From Bacillota bacterium (GTDB lineage Bacteria > Bacillota > Desulfitobacteriia > Desulfitobacteriales > Desulfitobacteriaceae), in the NCBI GenBank assembly GCA_030706025.1, contig JAUZPJ010000001.1, positions 1,122-65,121 on the forward strand: DNA of 64,000 bases, in the 5' to 3' direction. Shown here piece after piece: positions 26,044-34,456 of this stretch. The notes under the pieces were generated by a model, which ran no database searches, was not told the DNA's origin, and was given only the letters and a program-made list of their open reading frames with translations. Both the position numbers and the translations under genes were made by a program. Numbering within the stretch: the stretch's first letter is position 1; the number at the start of each line of letters is the position of its first letter.

Positions 26044-26736
26044 TCATTTCTTCAAATATCCCATCGGATCAATCGTTTTCCCTCCAACTCGAATTTCAAA
26101 ATGCAAGTGCGGACCGGTTGAATTACCTGTATTTCCACTCAAACCTAATTGACTTTTGGAAAATACATGCTGACCTTTAGTAACCGTTACCTTCGATAAG
26201 TGAGCATAAAGAGTTGCCCATTGTCCTCCGTGATCAACCATTACATAGTTCCCATAAACATTATCAGAGTTAATGGCCATTACGGTTCCATCTCTAGCCG
26301 CCTTAACTGTTGTTTCTTCATTACAAGCAATATCTAAGCCGTGATTTTTATCATTATATCCTTGCGTTATTTCCCCTTTGACCGGCCATTCAAAGCGAAT
26401 TGAACTTGGTCTTATTTTTTCCCATAGTGTGATTGATGGGGGATATTTTGATGCACCTGTTCCGACAATAGGGATTGATTCCTTAGCTTCAGGATATGAA
26501 TTAACCGTGTCTGTAACCGATTGAACGCTATCCTTGACTTTTGAATAAGTAACACTTGCATTATGAATATCATCGAATAGTTGAGTTACGCGTGGTCCTA
26601 TTGCAATTAATAAGGTTAGGATCAATGCTGACCAATAGATATATTTAAGTAGGTGTTTTCCAGCAGGAAAAGCCAATTCAACAAAGGTTCGGGTGATTAC
26701 ATACATAAAGGCTAATTGAGCGATCGACTTAATCAT
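26044..26736 (-). CDS. Membrane-anchored M23 (LytM) peptidase
   Basis: HGLDI (HxxxD), YAHL and STGPHLHFEIR; start at 26736 (ATGA overlap) gives two N-terminal TM helices. Confidence 0.9.
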   Translation of the reverse strand: MIKSIAQLAFMYVITRTFVELAFPAGKHLLKYIYWSALILTLLIAIGPRVTQLFDDIHNASVTYSKVKDSVQSVTDTVNSYPEAKESIPIVGTGASKYPPSITLWEKIRPSSIRFEWPVKGEITQGYNDKNHGLDIACNEETTVKAARDGTVMAINSDNVYGNYVMVDHGGQWATLYAHLSKVTVTKGQHVFSKSQLGLSGNTGNSTGPHLHFEIRVGGKTIDPMGYLKK

Positions 26737-26954
26737 TGCCATATCCCCTTTGATGCTTGACCAGCTATTGCCATGAATTTGCTCACATACTGATAACCGA
26801 TCAACGCAAAGGTTACTCCACCAATGAGCCATATTACTTTCATGAAGCGTCCCCCTTGACCTGTGATGTCTGCTATTTGTTGGCATACCCATATGAACCC
26901 TACTAATTTCAGAAGATTAAACATTAGCTTAATGGCAATTTCGGCGGCATCCAT
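26733..26954 (-). CDS. Small two-TM membrane protein (SpoIIIAC/AD-like topology)
   Basis: MDAAEIAIKLMFNLLKLVGFIWV...; AAGGAG RBS; 73 aa. Confidence 0.55.
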   Translation of the reverse strand: MDAAEIAIKLMFNLLKLVGFIWVCQQIADITGQGGRFMKVIWLIGGVTFALIGYQYVSKFMAIAGQASKGIWQ

Positions 26955-26955
26955 T

Positions 26956-27654
26956 TTAGACCAACTCCTTCTGTCTTCGTTCCTCCCTTTTTCTGAGTAC
27001 AATTCGCCAACTGATTTTCTTGAGTTTGTCTAGTTGGTAGAATTCAAGCCTTACATTTTTCATTCCAGATAGTTCTCTGACTAGTTGGTTTTTGAGAGTT
27101 TCGTAAGATCCCGTTGTAACAACCATTAGGTTTAGAATCTGATCTTCGGCAAATGTCTGAAATAACTTCCTGTAATTCTTATTCCACTTGTTTCCAGACT
27201 CAAGGACTTGAAATTCTCCAAAATAGAAGATTTCTCCATATACTTTGTGTTTCATAACTCCGTAATCATCAATAATAGGAAGTGTTTTGTCCTGGTCAAA
27301 GAATTTCCTTTCCTCTGATTTGAAGTAGGTAAGTTCTTGATTATTTTGAGAGTCTAGGGACTTCATATGCCAAGCTGTATAAATCCACGCTTTTCCTAAT
27401 CGATGCTGAATCTGGTCTGGACGTTTCTCGTCGTAGAGATAAAACCAATCTGGTATATCGGACCAGGACATTTTTACTCTGCGGATCAACTTATCTTTCT
27501 CTAGTCTTTGAGTGCAGCGGTGACTCATTTCGGTGCTGACGTTCCAAAACTCAAGCAAATGGATTTGTTCCTGACTTAAGCATTTTAATTGATCGAGATG
27601 AGCCAGAACCCTGAGATCGCGTTTGTGTCCTTGGACGTGGGTAGTTTGGTTCAT
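26956..27654 (-). CDS. Replication-relaxation (Replic_Relax-like) protein
   Basis: N-terminal wHTH (RDLRVLAHL...LSQEQI), conserved His (QIQHRL), degenerate PD-(D/E)xK C-terminus; adjacent to FtsK. Confidence 0.65.
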   Translation of the reverse strand: MNQTTHVQGHKRDLRVLAHLDQLKCLSQEQIHLLEFWNVSTEMSHRCTQRLEKDKLIRRVKMSWSDIPDWFYLYDEKRPDQIQHRLGKAWIYTAWHMKSLDSQNNQELTYFKSEERKFFDQDKTLPIIDDYGVMKHKVYGEIFYFGEFQVLESGNKWNKNYRKLFQTFAEDQILNLMVVTTGSYETLKNQLVRELSGMKNVRLEFYQLDKLKKISWRIVLRKREERRQKELV

Positions 27655-28915
27655 ATTCGTACACCTCGCCTTCGATGTCTGTGTAGGGGAGAGGTATTTT
27701 AGGTAGTTGGGACATAAGTTGATTAAATAACTTTGGATGTTTGTTTTCTGTCGGGAAGTATGGTGTCTGAACCTCTTCCTCAGTATCGTATTTGTATATT
27801 GCCCTGCCTGGTGTTTTGGGTATATATGCTGCTTTGTCGCTTTCGAGAATCATTTGACTGTTAATACGATCTGCCATTCGAAAGGCAATTCTGGCCTCAA
27901 ATTGACTCTTATACTCCGTAAATAAGTTATTGTTTCCCCATGCCTTTGCCGAAGGACGTTGGGTTGCAGAGATACAATAAATTCCCTGTGAACGATATTT
28001 CTTAACTGATTTTAGGAGTAATTCGGCACAATATTTATCCTCTCCAACCATATCAACCTCATCAACAAGTAACACTGCATAGGGCATACTGTTTCCCTTG
28101 ATTGAGTTATACTCCAAGATATCCCTGCATTTTCCGAGTTTGTTTTTGCGCTCCTTGTCTGCCTTGTCGATTAAGAACAGAAGTTTTAGGTAATCAAGTT
28201 CTTCATGAACGAAGGTTGCTCCGTAATCCTCGAAGTATTCAAACTCCTTATTTTTAGGACCTATGATTGCGACTTGAACATAATCCTTTCCAGTGATCTT
28301 ATTGAGTAGTAGCAGGGTGTAAATGATTTGGTGCATGGCGGTTGATTTTCCCTTTCCCCTGAGTCCTACGATGAGCAAGGAATAGATAACGGTCAAGTCC
28401 TGTACGATGGGTCCATTTACACCTTGGCCGATCAGGATAGGAAGTTTCATGGTTTTCAAGTAGGGAGTTGGGTCGAAGGAATAGGAGTATTCTTTTTCAA
28501 GGGAAATGTTTGAAATGGTCATATATACTGCTTCACCATTGCGCTCTATCTCTGCCGATCCACCAACTGCAGTTGCAAAGTGTCCTTCCCTTGACTTGAA
28601 TTCGGAATACTCGATGCCGGGGGGCAGGTGAATCACTAAAAACCAAGTTTGCTTCTTCTTCGGCCTGACTTTAATCCAATGGACAATTTCCTGAGCAGTA
28701 AACTTTTTAGGTAGGTTTGGCTTAAGATTATTTTTCTTTTCCGATGGAGAAAGTAAGGTTTTTTCGAAGATAAATGGTTTCATAGGGTATTTCTTGTAAA
28801 GTATTTCAATGGTATCCCAGACTGCCGATGGTATTTCATCGTCAGGTCCACGGTATAAAGCTCTCATGAAAGTATCTTTGAGGTTATTCACGAATTCATC
28901 ATTTTGTTGCTTCAT
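27551..28915 (-). CDS. FtsK/SpoIIIE-family ATPase
   Basis: Walker A GLRGKGKST, Walker B VLLVDEV, ATQRP and PGRAI motifs. Confidence 0.92.
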   Translation of the reverse strand: MKQQNDEFVNNLKDTFMRALYRGPDDEIPSAVWDTIEILYKKYPMKPFIFEKTLLSPSEKKNNLKPNLPKKFTAQEIVHWIKVRPKKKQTWFLVIHLPPGIEYSEFKSREGHFATAVGGSAEIERNGEAVYMTISNISLEKEYSYSFDPTPYLKTMKLPILIGQGVNGPIVQDLTVIYSLLIVGLRGKGKSTAMHQIIYTLLLLNKITGKDYVQVAIIGPKNKEFEYFEDYGATFVHEELDYLKLLFLIDKADKERKNKLGKCRDILEYNSIKGNSMPYAVLLVDEVDMVGEDKYCAELLLKSVKKYRSQGIYCISATQRPSAKAWGNNNLFTEYKSQFEARIAFRMADRINSQMILESDKAAYIPKTPGRAIYKYDTEEEVQTPYFPTENKHPKLFNQLMSQLPKIPLPYTDIEGEVYEYEPNYPRPRTQTRSQGSGSSRSIKMLKSGTNPFA

Positions 28916-29094
28916 GTGTTTTTTGGTATCACTCCTTTCTCTTTCAACTTAAGTCGGATACCATCACGAATTAAATCTGATAGTTCACCTTGTTCGAGTT
29001 TCTTTTTTGGTCTTTGTTCTGCGAGTTGTTTTAATCCCTGCCTTATGTCGCGGTCCAAACGGCTCCTGAGTCTTACGCGAAGATCATTTTGCAA
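28912..29094 (-). CDS. RHH protein heading the FtsK operon
   Basis: LRVRLR...ELSDLIRDGIR; AAGGAGG RBS. Confidence 0.65.
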   Translation of the reverse strand: MQNDLRVRLRSRLDRDIRQGLKQLAEQRPKKKLEQGELSDLIRDGIRLKLKEKGVIPKNT

Positions 29095-29319
29095 GTTTTA
29101 CCCTCCTTTTGTGGTTAGATTGTGGAACAAATTTTCTGTTAAATTTTGCGGAGCTATAAAACTCCGCACAAAATTTTGTCCGATAGAAAGGGTATAATTG
29201 AATCCTAGAGTCGAATTATTTGATTACTATGGGTGACTCTGTGATAGATAATATTAACGATAATTAATAAAAATGCACGTACAAAAAATAAAAATAAATT
29301 AAAAAAGACCTGACTTTTT

Positions 29320-29505
29320 TTAGTCAGGCCAGAGGTATTCTATAGGATAAACGAGTGCTTTTGAAATTTTCTTTGCTGTCTCAAGATTTATGGATTTTCT
29401 CTCATTGACAATACGACTTAATGTAGTCTGGGATATACCTGTCATATGTGATAATTCTTCCTGAGTTATCCCTCTCCTTTTCATAATTTCCTTGATTCTA
29501 TTCAA
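29320..29505 (-). CDS. XRE-family HTH regulator
   Basis: NRIKEIMKRRGITQEELSHMTGISQTTLSRI; likely TTG start at 29505. Confidence 0.85.
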   Translation of the reverse strand: MNRIKEIMKRRGITQEELSHMTGISQTTLSRIVNERKSINLETAKKISKALVYPIEYLWPD

Positions 29506-29527
29506 TTTTTCATCACCGAGGAAATTA

Positions 29528-29655
29528 TTTCCACGCAAATTTCGTAATTCCTTCTGACAAAAAACGAGTAAAAATACTGCCAATACTAAGTTAATATTAC
29601 CTTTCGTTAATATAATTTTTTTCGTCAATATGCCTAATTTTTTGCGATTTCGACA
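29528..29655 (-). promoter_or_regulatory. Sigma-H-like promoter and two Spo0A boxes
   Basis: Minus strand GAAGGAATT-N11-GTGGAAA (29554-29528); TGNCGAA at 29621-29627 and 29649-29655. Confidence 0.45.
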
Positions 29656-29958
29656 CGTGATATATAATATACTTCACGTAACGAAATTAATTACAATAAA
29701 GGACTAAAGACCTATTGTAAAATAGGAAATTATTCCTATGGGTAGCAAGCGAAGGAGATGAATTGACCCACTAAAGACAGAATATCATAACGTATATTAC
29801 TATTGAGGGATCATATGCACAAAGAAAGGAAGTCCGAATCCAGGGCATTGAGCTTCGGACTTCCCCTACAGAAAACAACCTCCGAAAAGGTGTCTTGTCA
29901 GCTTCATTTTACATCATTGGATACCTTTCGGCAAGGTATGAAAGAAGGTTTAAGGTAA

Positions 29959-30210
29959 ATGTTTAACCTTATGATTACCTTAAGGACAGCAAGGGAATTG
30001 AATGGTTACACAATTGAAGAAGTCGCAGAGTTTTGCGATTTAACCATTGGGGAATATGAAGAAATTGAAAAAGATCCAAGTAACTTCTCACTAAGAATAA
30101 TCTCTACCATAGCAAACCTATATGGGGTATCATTGAAATACATCTATGCTGGAACTGAAAATGATTGTGTTTCGCACAATAAATCACGCAAAATTGGAAA
30201 CGATGTTTGA
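29959..30210 (+). CDS. XRE-family HTH protein
   Basis: ITLRTARELNGYTIEEVAE...EKDPS. Confidence 0.8.
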   Translation: MFNLMITLRTARELNGYTIEEVAEFCDLTIGEYEEIEKDPSNFSLRIISTIANLYGVSLKYIYAGTENDCVSHNKSRKIGNDV

Positions 30211-30452
30211 CCACAGAATGACCACATAATGACCACGCAACCAAGTAAATATTACGATATTTCGTTAAGTATGTTACACCTTCATATTTAAAATTATCAC
30301 ATTTCATGCACACTTATCGCATATAATAAAAGATGTTACACGAAATTTCGTAATAATAACCTCATGGGCGGCATGATGTAACGTTGACCAAAAAGGTAGA
30401 CGTACCAATGGTTAGACGCTATGATGTTGCGCATTGACCACTTTTTGACCAC
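30208..30452. other. attP: core ATGGGCGGCATGATGTAA (30364-30381, groEL 3' end) with TGACCAC arm sites
   Basis: Core encodes MGGMM*; TGACCAC at 30208, 30219, 30230, 30435 and 30446; directly downstream of the integrase. Confidence 0.85.
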
Positions 30453-30467
30453 ATAAAGAAGATATTT

Positions 30468-31646
30468 TTAGAGGTTTCTCATGAGTTCGCTGAACTTTTG
30501 AGAAGCCTCTTTTTTCATTGTCTTTGTTACGTGCAAGTATACCCTTCTGGTTATTTCATCGTCAGAGTGTCCTAACCTTTCCATAATTTCTTCTAGGCCA
30601 ACTCTTGCTTCAGCTAATAACGATGTATGGGTGTGTCTTAATGAGTGGGGAGTTAAGTTTGTATTTAGTCCTGCAAGTTTAAGCAATCTATTCATTCGAT
30701 TTTCGATCTTCTTGATATATATTGGATAACCATAATTCTTTTCGGTCATAGAAAATATAAAATCTTTATCGTGGTAAACTTTCCTGTGTTCCATTTTTAC
30801 AATCTTTTGGCGAGATTGGTGTAATTCTAGTTCGGCTAAGACAATAGCATCTATTTCTATTATCCGAATGGAACTCTTTGTCTTCGGGGGTAGTAATTGA
30901 TATTTTCTGATGTTGTTTTTCGGATTGTAATAAGTTTTAGTGATACTTATTGTCTGGTTCTCGAAATCAATATCTTTCCATTTCAAAGCACATAATTCTC
31001 CGGCCCTCATACCGGTATAAGCTAAAGTAAGGAAAATTATATAGTCCATTTCAAATCCATTTTCTTTTGCCATTTTTAAAAATGAAGATAGTTCATCTTT
31101 TTCAAGATATTCTGGCACTTCTGTCTCGGATTCTATTTCATCAACTGTTTTTTGGGTTCTAGGTATTATTGCGTATTGAGTAGGATCTACTTTTATATAA
31201 CCCAATTCAACGGCCTTTTTAAAGATCATTCTTCCAGTACAATGAATACCTTCAAGCGTAGTGTGTGCAAGCCCTTTATCTTTAAGGTCATTCAAAGCGG
31301 ATTGATATAACTTTCGGGTAATATTTTTCATCTTATATTTTGCGAAGTAAGCTAAGAGTCTCCCTGACTCATGCTCCCTAACCCTTACGGTACTTACTTT
31401 AACTCTTCCTGTTGCTTGGTATAATCCGAGCCATTCTCCTTTAAAATCTTCAAAAGTTATTTCTGCTTCTTTCACATAGGTACCCTGGTCTAACTCATTC
31501 ATTAGCACGGCTGCAGCAAGCTGTGCTTCTTTTTTTGTCTTAAATCCCCCCTTGCTTCGCTGGTCCCTATCTCCTGTATCTGGTTTTATTCCTACGTCAA
31601 TTGTGTAGTACCACGTTTTGCCACGTTTTCTGTAATATCCCTTCAT
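30468..31646 (-). CDS. int: Phage integrase (tyrosine recombinase with arm-binding domain)
   Basis: GFKTKKEA arm domain; TGMRAGEL, HSLRHTH, RLGH...VYLH. Confidence 0.96.
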   Translation of the reverse strand: MKGYYRKRGKTWYYTIDVGIKPDTGDRDQRSKGGFKTKKEAQLAAAVLMNELDQGTYVKEAEITFEDFKGEWLGLYQATGRVKVSTVRVREHESGRLLAYFAKYKMKNITRKLYQSALNDLKDKGLAHTTLEGIHCTGRMIFKKAVELGYIKVDPTQYAIIPRTQKTVDEIESETEVPEYLEKDELSSFLKMAKENGFEMDYIIFLTLAYTGMRAGELCALKWKDIDFENQTISITKTYYNPKNNIRKYQLLPPKTKSSIRIIEIDAIVLAELELHQSRQKIVKMEHRKVYHDKDFIFSMTEKNYGYPIYIKKIENRMNRLLKLAGLNTNLTPHSLRHTHTSLLAEARVGLEEIMERLGHSDDEITRRVYLHVTKTMKKEASQKFSELMRNL

Positions 31647-31677
31647 GTCGCAAATTACTCCTTTTGGGAATCCAAAT

Positions 31678-32049
31678 TTATTTAACTACTCTAAAAATAC
31701 CTTCGCTGTCTCCTGATCTCAAACAATCTGAATCAGTTAATAACTTTTCATTCAGATATAATTGCAACCTCTTGATTCCATAATCATTAAGAAGCTCGAT
31801 TCCACTTATTTTCTCGATGATGGAATCATGCGTTTCTTTAATAGTGCCAACTTTTCCTGTTGCCAGGTAATCAACGGTTACGCCAAAATAATCAGCCAAC
31901 TTAACGGCACTCTCAAATTTAATATCTTTTAGTTTCTTTTTAATGATGCTATCCACTGTTGTATAAGGCATTTCCGTATCTCTTGCAATGTCTGATATTT
32001 TAACTTTCTTTTCATCTACCAACTTTTGAAATACTTCCCAAAGTTCCAA
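31678..32049 (-). CDS. CI-like XRE repressor
   Basis: HTH ending KLADYFGVTVDYL; divergent from the Cro-like gene. Confidence 0.8.
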   Translation of the reverse strand: MELWEVFQKLVDEKKVKISDIARDTEMPYTTVDSIIKKKLKDIKFESAVKLADYFGVTVDYLATGKVGTIKETHDSIIEKISGIELLNDYGIKRLQLYLNEKLLTDSDCLRSGDSEGIFRVVK

Positions 32050-32114
32050 GGTTTTTTCGCACCTCCGTTTCCTGTTTCAATATAAAGGCTCTACTAACGC
32101 CATTATATATTATC

Positions 32115-32190
32115 TACGAAAATTAGTAAATCTATACTTGACCTTCTACGAAATATCGTGTAATATATAATCAAGTTACGAAACATCGTA
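32115..32190. promoter_or_regulatory. Lysis-lysogeny switch: three 14-bp operators and a rightward promoter
   Basis: TACGAAAATTAGTA 32115, TACGAAATATCGTG 32147, TACGAAACATCGTA 32177; TTGACC-17-TAATAT (32138-32166). Confidence 0.75.
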
Positions 32191-32193
32191 ACA

Positions 32194-32454
32194 ATGAAGG
32201 GAAGTGAATTCGAAATGTTTTACCCAACTTTCAAGGCAGAAGTTGCTAGAAGGGGATTAAAACCGGTGGATGTTGTTATGGATGCCTTGAAATGTTCTCA
32301 AAAAACCGCACACAACAAAGTAACCGGTACAACGTCAATTACATTAGTTGAAACAACTATCATCCGAGACAAGTATTTCCCCAAGATGACCCTAGATGAT
32401 TTATTTCTACCTATCGAAGTATCCACAGAAGAGGACGTGCAATCTTATGGATAA
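32194..32454 (+). CDS. Cro-like HTH protein
   Basis: YPTFKAEVARRG...IRDKYFPKMTLDDLF signature. Confidence 0.75.
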   Translation: MKGSEFEMFYPTFKAEVARRGLKPVDVVMDALKCSQKTAHNKVTGTTSITLVETTIIRDKYFPKMTLDDLFLPIEVSTEEDVQSYG

Positions 32455-32638
32455 TCTTCCAGAAATACTTACAGCGAAGCACATAGCATCGTACTTAGGG
32501 ATATCACGAAGGCGTGTTTATGAATTATTTCAAACTCTTCCCAAGGCTGGGGGAATTCCAAACTTTAGTATCGGTGCTTCTAAGAGGGTTGAGAAGAAAG
32601 ACTTCATTAAATGGATTAGTGATTGTAAGAAAAGGTAA
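32447..32638 (+). CDS. Excisionase-like HTH_17 protein
   Basis: LPEILTAKHIASYLGISRRRVYEL...IGASKRVEK..FIKW. Confidence 0.8.
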   Translation: MDNLPEILTAKHIASYLGISRRRVYELFQTLPKAGGIPNFSIGASKRVEKKDFIKWISDCKKR

Positions 32639-32660
32639 AAAAACTAGCAAGGTGGTTTTA

Positions 32661-33191
32661 GTGAAGAATAAATTTCTAATCCTTGGAGATGTAACTGTAA
32701 TTTTTCTTCAAAAAGTAAGGGGCAAACAATTGAGGACCATTATTGACACAGTTGACTTGCCGAGAGCGCAAGAATTTCCTCATACGTGGACAGCGGGAAT
32801 TAAGGATCATTATGTTAGGGGTAAATTTCAAGAACCAAGAAATGGGAGAAAAAATCCTCCTATTCAGACGGTATCTCTTCATCGTTGGATAACGAACGCT
32901 TCTTCAGGTCTTCAAGTTGACCACAAAAACCATATACCACTTGATAATAGGCGATCTGAAAATTTAAGAATTGGTACTCAGTCGCTTAATCAACAAAATA
33001 GAAAAGAAGCTTATTGTAAAAGCGGTTATAGGGGAGTTTATCCCAAGGGCAATAAATGGAAAGTGGAAATCATGGTTCAAGGCAAAAGATTTTATCTCGG
33101 TATCTATGGCGATAAAAAATTCGCAGCACAAGTAGCATCCGAGGCAAGAGCAGCGTGTATGCCGTTCACCCAAGAAATCTTAATTAGTTAG
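32661..33191 (+). CDS. HNH endonuclease with AP2 domain
   Basis: SLHRWI..VDHKNH.PLDNRRSENLR; SGYRGV...YLG AP2 motif; GTG start at 32661. Confidence 0.85.
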   Translation: MKNKFLILGDVTVIFLQKVRGKQLRTIIDTVDLPRAQEFPHTWTAGIKDHYVRGKFQEPRNGRKNPPIQTVSLHRWITNASSGLQVDHKNHIPLDNRRSENLRIGTQSLNQQNRKEAYCKSGYRGVYPKGNKWKVEIMVQGKRFYLGIYGDKKFAAQVASEARAACMPFTQEILIS

Positions 33192-33487
33192 GGCCATGAA
33201 ATCTATATCGAACCATCTGAAGGTCAACTTAATAACTTTGCATCCAAGCTAGTCAAATAGCCTTTTATTTAAAGGAAAAGTAGGACAATCCATATTTCCA
33301 AGCTATCTAGGTCAAGCCTGACAATCTATCACAAAGGGGAGATATATAAGGAGGAATGAGCATGATCAAGGTTCTCGTGAACAAATCAAGAGAGAGTTTA
33401 AGTTTTGCCATTGGTTTTGTTGTAATAACTTTTCTAGTCATCGGCATTATGGCTCGTCCATTCATCTTGAAGTAGGAGGTTATTTAT

Positions 33488-33898
33488 ATGGCAAAAACTC
33501 TTTCATTTCCAACGATTGATGATCGCAAAAATGTTCATGGTTTAATCAATCTCTATTCTCTTAATAAAATTAGCCGGGACGATTTTATGCGGTTTGTAGC
33601 TAACATTATTAGTAAGTACAAAATTGGTAGCTTTCCGGTGTTCGGTTACTCGGTCAAAATCCTCCAATGGTACAAAGATGTTCCTGTAATAGCTATCAAG
33701 TCGGACATAATCGCTGATGTTTGCCCAAGTTGTGGTTCTGGAACAAATGAGGCTCGGTACTTACGGACGGAAAAGGAAAATTTTGATCTTGATTACGATG
33801 TTATAAGTCTTAATTGTCTTGGTTGTGGTTGCGTTTATGCTGCAAAAGGGGAAAATCATCGGACAAATAAAAAAATGAAGGTCGAGGTAATTAAATGA
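33488..33898 (+). CDS. Hypothetical Zn-ribbon protein
   Basis: GGAGG RBS; CPSC..CLGC. Confidence 0.5.
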   Translation: MAKTLSFPTIDDRKNVHGLINLYSLNKISRDDFMRFVANIISKYKIGSFPVFGYSVKILQWYKDVPVIAIKSDIIADVCPSCGSGTNEARYLRTEKENFDLDYDVISLNCLGCGCVYAAKGENHRTNKKMKVEVIK

Positions 33899-34140
33899 AT
33901 AATCCAGCTAACGAAATCAGTCTCTCCGCTAAGAAAGCAGGTCTATCCTACTGGTCCTACATGGCTAAGAAGTATCCTAATCGTGTACAATCCTACATTT
34001 GGGCACCAAAAGCGAAAAAGTTAACAAGGAAAGAACGTTCTGAAATCATGGGAGATATCTTAAGTCGGATGCATGGAAAAATGGGGCTCAAGTTTTTGTC
34101 TGGTATTCGTAATCTGATTAGCGGCAGAGGGGCGTATTAA
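33895..34140 (+). CDS. Hypothetical protein
   Basis: Overlapping operon gene with RBS. Confidence 0.45.
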   Translation: MNNPANEISLSAKKAGLSYWSYMAKKYPNRVQSYIWAPKAKKLTRKERSEIMGDILSRMHGKMGLKFLSGIRNLISGRGAY

Positions 34141-34141
34141 G

Positions 34142-34408
34142 TTGAGGATCGATATTGGACCTAATCACTGTCTAACCTCAGACAGTTCCCAAGTAATAAT
34201 CAATGAAAAAAGTGTGAACAAGAAAGTTGACTCAGAGAACTTCGGCAAGGAAGTTTTAAGACCAATCGGTTATGTCAGGACTCTACGGCAAGCTTATTAC
34301 TTCTTACTCCATAGGAAACTAAGGGAATCTGATGCAAATGGTTTTAAGGAAGTCTTGGCAGAATTATTACGGATCGAAAAAGAACTTAAGGAATCTATTC
34401 GTATCTAA
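34142..34408 (+). CDS. Hypothetical phage protein (DUF5405-like)
   Basis: LTSD..QVII...IGY pattern. Confidence 0.45.
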   Translation: MRIDIGPNHCLTSDSSQVIINEKSVNKKVDSENFGKEVLRPIGYVRTLRQAYYFLLHRKLRESDANGFKEVLAELLRIEKELKESIRI

Positions 34409-34456
34409 CGGAGTTGATACAAAATTAGCATTCTAACATACGAAGATGTTCACAGA

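Noticed and set aside
30364-30381. Host groEL gene / prophage boundary (attL or attR)
   Set aside because: There is no groEL coding sequence upstream and arm repeats lie on both sides, so this is attP.
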